64,000 bases of DNA from Alistipes sp. (GTDB lineage Bacteria > Bacteroidota > Bacteroidia > Bacteroidales > Rikenellaceae), in NCBI GenBank assembly GCA_017474235.1, contig JAFVIB010000002.1:70445-134444 (forward strand), read 5' to 3'. The translations under genes and the position numbers were made by a program. How positions within the stretch are numbered: the stretch's first letter is position 1; every line of letters begins with the position of its first letter. Shown here in pieces: positions 48,958 through 58,097 of this stretch. Below the pieces are notes generated by a model. It did no database searches and was not told the DNA's origin. It saw only the letters and a list, made by a program, of their open reading frames with translations.

Positions 48958-49707
48958 ATGTCAAAAGGAAACAATTTAATCATAGATACGGGCAATACTT
49001 TTCATAAGATTTCCGTTATTACATCAAACAACAACATTCTGGAGGAGAGGGTTGTAACTGAACTTACAGAGAGTGTTGTCGATGAGTTGTTTGACCGTTT
49101 TGCCCCCTCAAAGGCTATAATCTCCTCCACTCGTGGCGATGCTGCACGGAGCAGAAAGATAGTGGCAAAGAGGGTGCAATATGTTCTTTGTTTGGATAGT
49201 AGTACTCCACTGCCAATAGAGGTTGAGTATGACCGAGCAAGGCTCGGCACTGACCGTGTGGCTGCGGCGGTAGGTGCAGTAGAACTGTATGGTGCAGACA
49301 GAGAGATTGTTGTTATAGATGCCGGCACAGCTATAACTATCGACTTTGTGGATTGCGGAGTCTTCAAAGGTGGCAATATATCGCCCGGAGTAGATATGAG
49401 ATTGGAGGCTCTGAACGAGAAGACGGCGACGCTTCCACTCTGTCAGCCGAGAGCTCTTGAGGGTGAGTCTCCGAAGTTGGGACTATCGACCGAAGATGCG
49501 ATAGTTTTTGGCGTTATGGAGGGTATTTTTTACGAAGTAAAAGGTTATATTGAGGCTTTTTACAAGAAAAATGAAAATATATTGACAATTTTTATCGGAG
49601 GAGACGCAGAATATTTTGAGAATCGAATTAAAAATGCGATATTTGCAGGTCGTAAAGTCGTCTTTATCGGACTTAATCGAATTTTAGAGTACAATGCAGA
49701 GAAATAG
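48958..49707 (+). CDS. coaX: Type III pantothenate kinase
   Basis: IIDTGNT, LGTDR, VIDAGTAITID and GGNISPG motifs. Confidence 0.93.
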   Translation: MSKGNNLIIDTGNTFHKISVITSNNNILEERVVTELTESVVDELFDRFAPSKAIISSTRGDAARSRKIVAKRVQYVLCLDSSTPLPIEVEYDRARLGTDRVAAAVGAVELYGADREIVVIDAGTAITIDFVDCGVFKGGNISPGVDMRLEALNEKTATLPLCQPRALEGESPKLGLSTEDAIVFGVMEGIFYEVKGYIEAFYKKNENILTIFIGGDAEYFENRIKNAIFAGRKVVFIGLNRILEYNAEK

Positions 49708-51094
49708 AGTATATAATAGAGTGTTTTTGGCAGTGGCTGCTGTCATCGTTTTGAGCCTTGCCGGTATGGGCAGGGTGTCGGCGCAGGAGGCGGCGGTAAA
49801 TGCCTTCTCTCCATATACGATGTATGGTGTGGGTGAGCTTGGTACTAATGGCAATGCTATCAATAAGTCTATGGGTGGTACAGGTGTGGCTCTTCGCAGT
49901 ACACAGATGGCGAGCCTGCTTAATCCTGCCGGTTATAGCGCAACTCTGCGCAAGAGTTTTATCCTTGAGGTAGGTCTTGAGGGTAACTTCTTGAAGAATG
50001 AGCAGCGCAAGTATCCAACTCTCGATGCTTCAAATTATACCACTGCCGAGAATGCAAAAAATTCTGTCAATATCCGTGAGATAGCAGTGCAGTTCCCTGT
50101 TGCAAAGGGTTTGGGTTTCGGTTTGAGCCTTGTGCCTTACAGCAGTGTCGGCTACAAGATGCACACCTTTGAGCAGAGTGAGGATATTTGGGGTACGCTC
50201 GGTGGTGTGATGTACAACTATCAGGGCGATGGCGATTTGACAGAGGTCAAAGCCGGTTTCGGTTGGGAGATTTTCAGAGGCTTCTCAGTCGGTATTGCAG
50301 CCAAGTACTATTGGGGATATATCAACCACAACTATACAACATCTATCTACGGTGACTATGTAGGTTCGGGAGATTTTGTATCGGCAAATGGTAATGACGA
50401 GTATGCTATTTCGAACTTCAAGTTCCAAGCCGGTCTTCAGTGGAATATCGTTGCCAACAACAAGCGAATGATTACTTTGGGTGCTACTTATGACTATGGC
50501 GGTCCTCTGCGTCCGAAGGTTACACAGACTGCATATATCGGCGACCTGACACAGACTGTCGTTGCGCAGGAGGACTCTCGCGGTCAGATGCGTCTGCCAC
50601 ACGCTGTAAATGCCGGTATTACATATCAGGATGCGAAGATAGTGACAAGTTTTGATTATGAGTATCAGAATTGGGGCGGTGCAAACGCCTTCTATAAGCA
50701 GGATGCATACAGCGGAATGAGCATCGGTTATGTAGATACACATACATACAAGTTCGGTTTTGAATATACTCCAAATCGTTTTGATGCCCGTAACTACTTC
50801 AACCGTGTGGCTTATCGTATAGGCGCACGCTATGGCGACTACTATCAGAGCTTTGGTGGTGCAAAACTCAATCAGTATGCAGTTACTGCCGGATTTGCTT
50901 TCCCTCTGCGATTTATGGGAGCAACAACTATCAATGCCGGTATCGAGTTTGGAGGTCGTGGCAATCTGTCATCGGTAGTGCTTCCTGAGCAGAACACTCG
51001 TATCGGTCTTATCCGTCAGCGATATATTAAGGTTCATCTCGGATTCTCGCTCTTTGGAGAGGACTATTGGTTTGTAAGACCTAAGATTGACTAA
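49694..51094 (+). CDS. Outer-membrane beta-barrel protein (FadL/OMPP1-like)
   Basis: Signal peptide, SPYTMYGVGEL, LLNPA, alternating beta strands and C-terminal YWF; conserved position after coaX. Confidence 0.7.
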   Translation: MQRNRVYNRVFLAVAAVIVLSLAGMGRVSAQEAAVNAFSPYTMYGVGELGTNGNAINKSMGGTGVALRSTQMASLLNPAGYSATLRKSFILEVGLEGNFLKNEQRKYPTLDASNYTTAENAKNSVNIREIAVQFPVAKGLGFGLSLVPYSSVGYKMHTFEQSEDIWGTLGGVMYNYQGDGDLTEVKAGFGWEIFRGFSVGIAAKYYWGYINHNYTTSIYGDYVGSGDFVSANGNDEYAISNFKFQAGLQWNIVANNKRMITLGATYDYGGPLRPKVTQTAYIGDLTQTVVAQEDSRGQMRLPHAVNAGITYQDAKIVTSFDYEYQNWGGANAFYKQDAYSGMSIGYVDTHTYKFGFEYTPNRFDARNYFNRVAYRIGARYGDYYQSFGGAKLNQYAVTAGFAFPLRFMGATTINAGIEFGGRGNLSSVVLPEQNTRIGLIRQRYIKVHLGFSLFGEDYWFVRPKID

Positions 51095-51127
51095 AACAAA
51101 AACAACATAAACAAAACAAACAACACA

Positions 51128-52477
51128 ATGAAGGCAATCAAGTTTTTAATCGTCGCAGCTATGGCTGCAGTGGCATCATCAGCTGCCGCACAGGATTTTA
51201 GTGATCCAAAGTATGCAAAGTGGGGTGAGACTCCGGAGGAGCGTAAGGAGAATATGCTCGCAAGCTCTTATCTTAAGGAGGAGACTGCAAACCGTCATTT
51301 CAACTCTGCTGCTCACTATCTTCAGTTGCTCCTTGAGAAGTGTCCATCAGCATCTGAGAACATCTATGTAAACGGTGTTAAGCTTTATAAGGATAAGGCA
51401 AACCGTGCTGAGACTTTGGCAGAGAAGAAGGTTTATGTTGACTCTATTCTCTACCTCTACGATGTTCGTATTGAGAACTTTGGTAACCATCCTAAGCGTG
51501 GTCGCGTATATCTGCTTGAGCGTAAGGCTCGTGAGTATCTCACTCTGAAGGGTGATGACCGCGAGGGTGTAGCAGAGGCTTTTGAGACAGCTATCGCAGC
51601 TCAGGCACAGGCAGGAGTAGTAGATCCTGAGGTTGTAGCTATCTACTTCAAGAACCTTTGCGATGACTATCAGAACGATATTGTTGATGCAATGACTATC
51701 GTGAACACTTACGATGCTTATGCAAAGTACTTTGAGAATATCGCTCCTGAGCAGCAGGAGTTCAAGGATCAGTTTGAGCAGTGCTTCGGTATGAGTGGCG
51801 CAGCATCTTGCGAGAACCTTGAGGCTATCTTCTCAAAGAAGGTTGCTGATGCTCCGGAGGATGCAAAGCTTATCGAGCAGGCATTTAAGCTTATGGCTCG
51901 CGCAAACTGCTCAAGTGCATTCTTCTTTACTGTAGGTGAGAAGCACTACTCGCTCCAGCCATCTTCAGAGGTTGCAATGCTACTTGCACAGGGCTTCCAG
52001 GATGTTAAGAACTTTGACAAGGCAAATCAGTATCTGCGTGAGGCTCTTGCAGCAGAGACCGTTGCAGAGGAGCGCGAGAAGCTCTATGTTCGTATCGGTA
52101 TCCTCGAGATGTCAATCAACAACTTTGCTTCTGCCGTAGAGGCATTCCGTGAGGCTCAGGCTATCAACCCTGAGAATGCACACGCTCCATTCTTCTTGGC
52201 TCAGTGCTATGTAAATGGTGCAAAGGGTTGTACAGGTCTTGCAAAGGACGCTATCTATTGGGTAGCATACGACCTTATTCAGAAGTCTCTGCCACTGCTC
52301 GAGGCATCTGACCCTGATCGTGTAGAGGCTGCAATGCAGCTTGCATCAGCATACCGTGCAGCGTTCCCTACATCTGAGGAGTGTTTCTTTAATGAGGTTG
52401 CAGATGGTAGCACATACATTGTAAACTGCGGTTTTGCTCACGGTGTAGCTACTACTGTTCGTTCACGCGCAAAATAG
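51128..52477 (+). CDS. Secreted TPR-repeat protein
   Basis: Signal peptide, helical TPR-like repeats and C-terminal 'YW...FP..EECFF...C'. Confidence 0.75.
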   Translation: MKAIKFLIVAAMAAVASSAAAQDFSDPKYAKWGETPEERKENMLASSYLKEETANRHFNSAAHYLQLLLEKCPSASENIYVNGVKLYKDKANRAETLAEKKVYVDSILYLYDVRIENFGNHPKRGRVYLLERKAREYLTLKGDDREGVAEAFETAIAAQAQAGVVDPEVVAIYFKNLCDDYQNDIVDAMTIVNTYDAYAKYFENIAPEQQEFKDQFEQCFGMSGAASCENLEAIFSKKVADAPEDAKLIEQAFKLMARANCSSAFFFTVGEKHYSLQPSSEVAMLLAQGFQDVKNFDKANQYLREALAAETVAEEREKLYVRIGILEMSINNFASAVEAFREAQAINPENAHAPFFLAQCYVNGAKGCTGLAKDAIYWVAYDLIQKSLPLLEASDPDRVEAAMQLASAYRAAFPTSEECFFNEVADGSTYIVNCGFAHGVATTVRSRAK

Positions 52478-52494
52478 TTTTACTTGACTGTTAA

Positions 52495-53238
52495 GTGAGA
52501 AAAGTATTGCATAGATATTCGGCAATAGCACTCCTTCTATTGGGGAGTGCTTTGCTGTTTTCGTGCAAGGAGGAGATAAAAGAGAGTGATGAGTCTTTGG
52601 ATGCCATTATGACAGAGAAGAGTAGCAATCTTACCATTGTTGTCTCTGAGAATGGTAGAAAGTCGTATCGCTTTACAACTCCTCTGCTTGAGGGTTACAC
52701 GCTGGGTCGTGACCCATATAGAGAGTTTCGCAAGGGTATTAAGATTACAACCTTTCAGGATGACTCTCTGACTACGGTCAATGCTACGCTTGAGTCTAAT
52801 TACGCGATATACTACGAGAATCGTAAACTTTGGGAGGCTAAGGGTAATGTGCGTATTGTTAAGCACGATGGCACAAAGGTCTTTACGCAGCAACTGTTCT
52901 GGAACTCTACTACCAAGCGCATCTACTCGAATGTAGATACTAAGATTGTTACGGCAGACGACACTCACTATACCGAGGGTTTTGAGTCGGATGAGGATCT
53001 TGTAGAGCTTAACTTCCGCCATTGGAAGGGTAAGGTGATGATGAAGGAGGAGATGATGCAGCAGGGTAGCGACTCTACAGTGGTAGATAAGAAGAGTGAG
53101 GAGCCACAGGTTGAGCCGAAGGCTTCTCAGAGCATAAAGAGAGATACAAAGCGTACAAATACAACTATTCGTCGCACACAGCCAAAGTCGCCAACCTCAC
53201 TCAATAGGTTCGATAAGACTACGGATAGATTAGAGTAA
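52495..53238 (+). CDS. lptC: LPS export ABC transporter periplasmic protein LptC
   Basis: 'EFRKGIKI..F', 'LWEAKGNV', 'TQQLFWN' and 'GFESDEDL' pattern; GTG start. Confidence 0.8.
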   Translation: MRKVLHRYSAIALLLLGSALLFSCKEEIKESDESLDAIMTEKSSNLTIVVSENGRKSYRFTTPLLEGYTLGRDPYREFRKGIKITTFQDDSLTTVNATLESNYAIYYENRKLWEAKGNVRIVKHDGTKVFTQQLFWNSTTKRIYSNVDTKIVTADDTHYTEGFESDEDLVELNFRHWKGKVMMKEEMMQQGSDSTVVDKKSEEPQVEPKASQSIKRDTKRTNTTIRRTQPKSPTSLNRFDKTTDRLE

Positions 53239-53265
53239 CAAAAGGGAGTACATATATAAAGTTAA

Positions 53266-54534
53266 ATGACCACATCGATTATAATCATACTAATTATGCT
53301 GCTGCTGTCGGCATTTTTCTCGGGTATGGAGATTGCGTTTTTGAATAAAAACCGCCTCAAACTCGAGATAGACCGTAAGCAGAGCCGTATGTTTAACTAT
53401 ATTGCCGATCTGTTTTCGCGCAATCAGGGTCAGTATATCACAACTATCCTTGTGGGTAACAATATTACCCTTGTTATCTACTCTATGTGTATGTCTCAGC
53501 TGATTCGAGGTGTGGCATATCTTCTTGGTTGGCAGAGCATATATAGCGAAGGCTCATTCCTTTTGGAGACTATTATTCCGACAATAATAGTGATTTTTAT
53601 AGCCGAGTATATTCCTAAATCGGTTATTAGAACCAATCCGAACTTCTACTACCGATTCTTTGCCCCTATAATCTTTGTTTTCTACCTGTTGCTCTATCCA
53701 ATAGCACGCTTTACGACACTCCTTTCGTATGGTCTTTTACGCCTGTTTGGTCGTACTCCGGCAGAGGCAGAAAAGCAGACCGAGTTCGATAGAAGCGACC
53801 TTGAGAGCCTGCTCGATGCAAATAATATGGAGACGGATGATGATACCGAGGCGGAGATAAAGATGTTCCAAAATGCGCTCGACTTTGCAGATTTGCGAGT
53901 TCGTGACTGTATGGTCTCGCGAGTAGATATGGAGGCGGTAGATATTGAGGATACAACTATCGAGAGCCTTACAAAACGATTCGTGGATAGTAAATATTCG
54001 AGAATATTTGTTTGGAAAGATAGTATCGACAATATTATCGGCTATGTAAATTCAAAGAGCCTCTTTACCTCCCCAAAGAGTATCGAGCAGGTGCTTATGA
54101 AGGTCGATTATGTTGCCGAGACAATGCCTCTGCAAGATATGCTCACGCAGTTTATCAAACAGAAGAGTAATATCGCAGTTGTAATCGACGAGTTTGGCGG
54201 TACTGCGGGCATTATATCGTTGGAGGATGTTTTGGAGCAGATTTTTGGCGAGATTGAGGATGAACACGATGTAGAGGATATGGTCGAAAAGCAGGTGGCA
54301 GAGAATGAATATGTCTTCTCTTGTCGTTTGGAGGTGGACTACCTCAATGAGAAGTATGGTCTCAATATCGCCGAGAGTGAGGAGTACGATACCCTTGCCG
54401 GCTATATTATATATCGCTATAAGGAGCTGCCGACAGCAGGTACACAGATGGAGTTTGATGGTCTGAAAATCAAGATTCTGCGTACAACACGCTCTCGAAT
54501 AGAACTTGCTCGAGTGGTGTGTGTGAAAAAATAG
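53266..54534 (+). CDS. HlyC/CorC (CNNM-CBS-CorC) family transporter
   Basis: SAFFSGMEIA, ILVGNN, two CBS domains (VIDEFGGTAG) and CorC domain (YDTLAG). Confidence 0.9.
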   Translation: MTTSIIIILIMLLLSAFFSGMEIAFLNKNRLKLEIDRKQSRMFNYIADLFSRNQGQYITTILVGNNITLVIYSMCMSQLIRGVAYLLGWQSIYSEGSFLLETIIPTIIVIFIAEYIPKSVIRTNPNFYYRFFAPIIFVFYLLLYPIARFTTLLSYGLLRLFGRTPAEAEKQTEFDRSDLESLLDANNMETDDDTEAEIKMFQNALDFADLRVRDCMVSRVDMEAVDIEDTTIESLTKRFVDSKYSRIFVWKDSIDNIIGYVNSKSLFTSPKSIEQVLMKVDYVAETMPLQDMLTQFIKQKSNIAVVIDEFGGTAGIISLEDVLEQIFGEIEDEHDVEDMVEKQVAENEYVFSCRLEVDYLNEKYGLNIAESEEYDTLAGYIIYRYKELPTAGTQMEFDGLKIKILRTTRSRIELARVVCVKK

Positions 54535-54613
54535 CGTAAAAAGACGAATATTTGGGATAAAATTATTATATTCGCGGGTTATTTGGTAATAATTATTGTA
54601 AAAATACTTTGAT

Positions 54614-56638
54614 ATGGTAACTTTGAACACTTTGAGAACCAAATTTGGCGTACTGCTCTCAGTAATTATTGCGGGCGCACTTTTGGCATTTATCTTCTCT
54701 CTGAAGACAGAGATGGGATTTTCGGGCAATGACCCTGAGGTCGGCTCAATTAATGGCGAGGAGATTCACTACTCTGAGTTCCTTGCTGCTTATGACGATG
54801 TTAAGTCTCAGATGGGTGAGATGACCACCGATGCACAGGCTCAGCAGGCTCTTGCAAATACTTGGCAGATTCTGCTCTCTGAGCGTGTGTTCAACCCTGC
54901 ATTTGAGGGTCTTGGTCTTGCAGTAGGCGAGGCAGAGCACAAGGCAATGGTTCGTGGTGAGGTGGCAAGCAATGTCTTTGGCAGCCTCTTTAGAGATCCA
55001 CAGACCGGCGAGTACAATGTTGAGGCTCTGACATCTTTCCTTGCAGAGGTTGAGAACAATCCACAGGCACAGAAGGCTTGGTCTTTCTTCAGCAAGCAGG
55101 CTGACCTTGACCGTGCGATGACTAAGTATCAGGCTCTTGTTCAGAAGGGTGCTTATGCAAATAAGCTCGAGGTTGAGCGTGGTGTGAAGAGCAGCAACAA
55201 CACCTATAACGGTCGTTATGTTGTAAGCCGTTACAACACCGTTGCAGACTCTCTTATCACTGTTTCTGACACTGAGATTAGAGATTACTATAAGGCTCAC
55301 AAGGCTCAGTACAAGCAGACCCCTTACCGCACAATCTCTTATGTAGAGTTTGAGGTTGTTCCTACCGAGGAGGATAAGGTTGCTGTTGAGGCAGAGGCAA
55401 AGGCAGCAGCAGCTGAGTTTGCTACTGTTCAGGATGTGAAGACCTACGCTCGTGAGAACCGTCACGCAGCAGTTGCTCCTACATATATCACCGCTGCACA
55501 GATGACTGCAGAGGAGAGCGAGGCTCTTGTTAAGGGTAAGATGTACGGTCCTGCTCTCGTCGCAGATGAGTGGCGCGCAGCTCGCGTGGTAGATGTTCGC
55601 AATGTTCCTGAGAAGCTCACTTTGAGCCACATCGTTCTTGACTACTCAGCTACAGAACTCGCTGACAGCCTTGTAAAGGTTGCAAAGAAGGGTGACTTCG
55701 CTGCTTTGGCAGCACAGCACTCTCTTATGGCAGAGACTGCTGCACAGGGTGGTAAGATTGGCGAGGTTACATACTCATCTCTTGCTCCTGAGTTCGCAGA
55801 TGCTCTCGTAGGTAAGAAGAAGGGCGATGTTGTGAAGATCTCTATGGGTAATGTTATCCAAATTGTAAAGGTTGATGCTGTAAACTCTATTCAGAAGCAC
55901 TATAAGGTTGCATCTCTGACATATCCGCTCGTAGCATCACAGCAGACTCAGCGTGATGTTCACAGTGCTGCAAGCCTCTTCGCTGTAAATGCAAAGAATG
56001 ACGGCTTTACTGAGACTGTAAACGCTCAGGGTCAATCTTCTCGCACTGCAACTATCGAGCAGGCTGCTCGCTCAGTGCGCGGTATCGATGCAAGTTCTCT
56101 TGAGGTTGTCTTCTGGGCTAATAAGGCTGAGGAGGGCGATGTTTCAGAGCTTATCAAGCTCGATAACAACCACTATGTAGTTGCTACACTCAACACTATC
56201 AACAATAACGACTATCGCACCGTAAATGAGGTTGCTTCTCAGATTAAGAGTACACTGCTCCGCGATAAGAAGTTCGAGCAGATTGCAGCTAAGATGACCG
56301 GCGCAACTATCGAGGAGATTGCTACAGCAGCTGAGGGTGAGGTTAAGAACTTCGAGAATGTTAAGTTTGATGCTTACTATATCCCTGGTATCGGTGTTGA
56401 ACCACGCATTCTTGGTGCAATCTCTGCACTTGAGCAGGGTGCTGTATCAGCTCCAATTAAGGGTGCAAGCGGCGTATATGTAGTTGTTACCGACGCAGTA
56501 ACCGCTGCTGACGAGGCTCAGACCTTCGAGGCAGAGAAGGTTAAGCAGCAGGCTGAGGCTGAGCAGAATGCAAACCGTGCATTCTATGCAGTTCAGGAGG
56601 CGGCAGAGGTTGTTGATAATACTGTAGGCTACTTCTAA
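54614..56638 (+). CDS. ppiD: PpiD/SurA-N peptidyl-prolyl isomerase chaperone
   Basis: N-terminal TM, SurA N-domain and parvulin-like 'SHIV...FAALAAQHS...GGKIG'. Confidence 0.82.
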   Translation: MVTLNTLRTKFGVLLSVIIAGALLAFIFSLKTEMGFSGNDPEVGSINGEEIHYSEFLAAYDDVKSQMGEMTTDAQAQQALANTWQILLSERVFNPAFEGLGLAVGEAEHKAMVRGEVASNVFGSLFRDPQTGEYNVEALTSFLAEVENNPQAQKAWSFFSKQADLDRAMTKYQALVQKGAYANKLEVERGVKSSNNTYNGRYVVSRYNTVADSLITVSDTEIRDYYKAHKAQYKQTPYRTISYVEFEVVPTEEDKVAVEAEAKAAAAEFATVQDVKTYARENRHAAVAPTYITAAQMTAEESEALVKGKMYGPALVADEWRAARVVDVRNVPEKLTLSHIVLDYSATELADSLVKVAKKGDFAALAAQHSLMAETAAQGGKIGEVTYSSLAPEFADALVGKKKGDVVKISMGNVIQIVKVDAVNSIQKHYKVASLTYPLVASQQTQRDVHSAASLFAVNAKNDGFTETVNAQGQSSRTATIEQAARSVRGIDASSLEVVFWANKAEEGDVSELIKLDNNHYVVATLNTINNNDYRTVNEVASQIKSTLLRDKKFEQIAAKMTGATIEEIATAAEGEVKNFENVKFDAYYIPGIGVEPRILGAISALEQGAVSAPIKGASGVYVVVTDAVTAADEAQTFEAEKVKQQAEAEQNANRAFYAVQEAAEVVDNTVGYF

Positions 56639-56658
56639 ATTTTGGAATTATAAGGCAG

Positions 56659-56869
56659 CATTTGCGCATATAAGAGCGCACCTGCTTCCGCTAACAAAAA
56701 ATGCTGACAATGGCTGTACGCTTTAGTACTATCCATCGTCAGCATTTTTTGCCGAGCGTGGCATCTGCACTCTTCTAAGCACAAATGAGTGCAAGACAGA
56801 GACGGAGTACAATCTCTGACAAAGGGCAGTACCGCAAGTACAGCCCTTCGCTGTTTTATATGCCGAGCC
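56659..56869. repeat. Palindromic element mosaic: full 129-bp unit at 56659-56787 plus core at 56815-56869
   Basis: Outer arms nearly identical to 29661-29788; apical core identical to the 16322 unit; second core GGGCAGTAC-CGCAA-GTACAGCCC...GCCGAGC. Confidence 0.85.
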
Positions 56870-57093
56870 TGATATTTATACTGCGTTAGCAAAGTCCCCC
56901 TCACAGGAGGGGGATTTAGGGGGTGGGTAACACAAAAGGTGGTGGAGGCCGAAGGCCATACCACCACTATATTAAAAGCAAAGCACTCACCTCGATTAAA
57001 GGCAAGTGCTTGCGGAATGTATTAAAAGTCTAATGTGGACTATTTGCTCATATAGCTTTTAATATATTGCACTTTAAGGTATAACTAAATATA

Positions 57094-57555
57094 TTATTCT
57101 ACTTTTCTTCCTTCAAAATAGCAGTTGCTACTATAAGGGTATCGAGTACCATTTGGGGTTGTGCTTAATTGACCTGTTGCTTTGGAAAATATCGTCAAAA
57201 TACCTGCACCAAATAATGCACTATCATAATTTCTTGTTATGTATCCATAACTGTCTGTATTAGTTGTTGAATCCAAATAAAGTTTACCATCAACAAGTCT
57301 TCCTTTGGTTGATATCAACCCACTTAATTTAACTCTATCTTCGTCTATTTGGGTAATTGTGATTGTTCCTTTGTCGTGTATTGTTCCCGAATCGCTACCC
57401 CATACAACATAATCTTCTACTATTACATAGTAAGTTCCCAACAGATCCTCCATGCTTCCAATTTTATGCTTGTCGCCCATCTCATTTTTCTCACAAGAAA
57501 CACCAAAACAGCAACTTATCACAGCAGCTATAAAAAAAGTAAAAATCTTTTTCAT
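57094..57555 (-). CDS. Hypothetical surface lipoprotein (beta-rich, lipocalin-like)
   Basis: Lipobox GVSC followed by EKNE; visibly more AT-rich than the flanking genes. Confidence 0.8.
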   Translation of the reverse strand: MKKIFTFFIAAVISCCFGVSCEKNEMGDKHKIGSMEDLLGTYYVIVEDYVVWGSDSGTIHDKGTITITQIDEDRVKLSGLISTKGRLVDGKLYLDSTTNTDSYGYITRNYDSALFGAGILTIFSKATGQLSTTPNGTRYPYSSNCYFEGRKVE

Positions 57556-57844
57556 AATAATAAAAGTTTATGTACCGTAGCATCTCCTATGCGGTGATTG
57601 TAAAATAAAGAAAGTGTGGAGATGTTCGTTTATCTATTGAGAGGCTCTGTAAGCCTTGTATCAAATAAACAATACTCCACACCTGTATGGTATGGAGTTA
57701 GCACAGAGAGTGCCATATATCACACCAATACAAATAATGTAAGTATTCGTTATCCTCGATACATTTGAAATTTACCAGATTTCTCAATAAGGATTAGCGG
57801 AACACTTTCACTAATAATATGTCCGCAATCCGAGGATTGCACTA

Positions 57845-57852
57845 CAAATTTA
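57845..57852 (-). promoter_or_regulatory. -7 promoter box (TAAATTTG) driving the lipoprotein through a ~280-nt leader
   Basis: CAAATTTA on the + strand. Confidence 0.55.
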
Positions 57853-58010
57853 GAAATTTATTTTGATTGAGCAAGAAATAGTTTAGGGATTATAGGGCTT
57901 ATAGGGTTTATAGTAAATACCTCCATATAATCCCCACCCCTCCATAACCCCTATTGGAGCGTAGCGAGAAGCCCCCTTTACAGAAAGGGGGTTTGGGGGA
58001 TAGGTAACAC

Positions 58011-58078
58011 AAAAAGTGGTGGAATTTTTTCCACCACTATATTAAAAGCAACAAAGGCTTCCCGAAGGAAGCCTTTGT
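58011..58078 (-). terminator. Tandem terminator hairpins downstream of the CoA-transferase
   Basis: ACAAAGGCTTCC-CGAA-GGAAGCCTTTGT (58051-58078) and AGTGGTGGAA-TTTT-TTCCACCACT (58015-58038), the latter with a minus-strand U-tract. Confidence 0.7.
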
Positions 58079-58097
58079 GATTATATGAAGTAATACA

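Noticed and set aside
57884-57955. TATAGGG-type short tandem repeats and CCCC-rich tract
   Set aside because: Only about three degenerate 9-mers, with no independent function supportable; noted as part of the cassette's boundary region.
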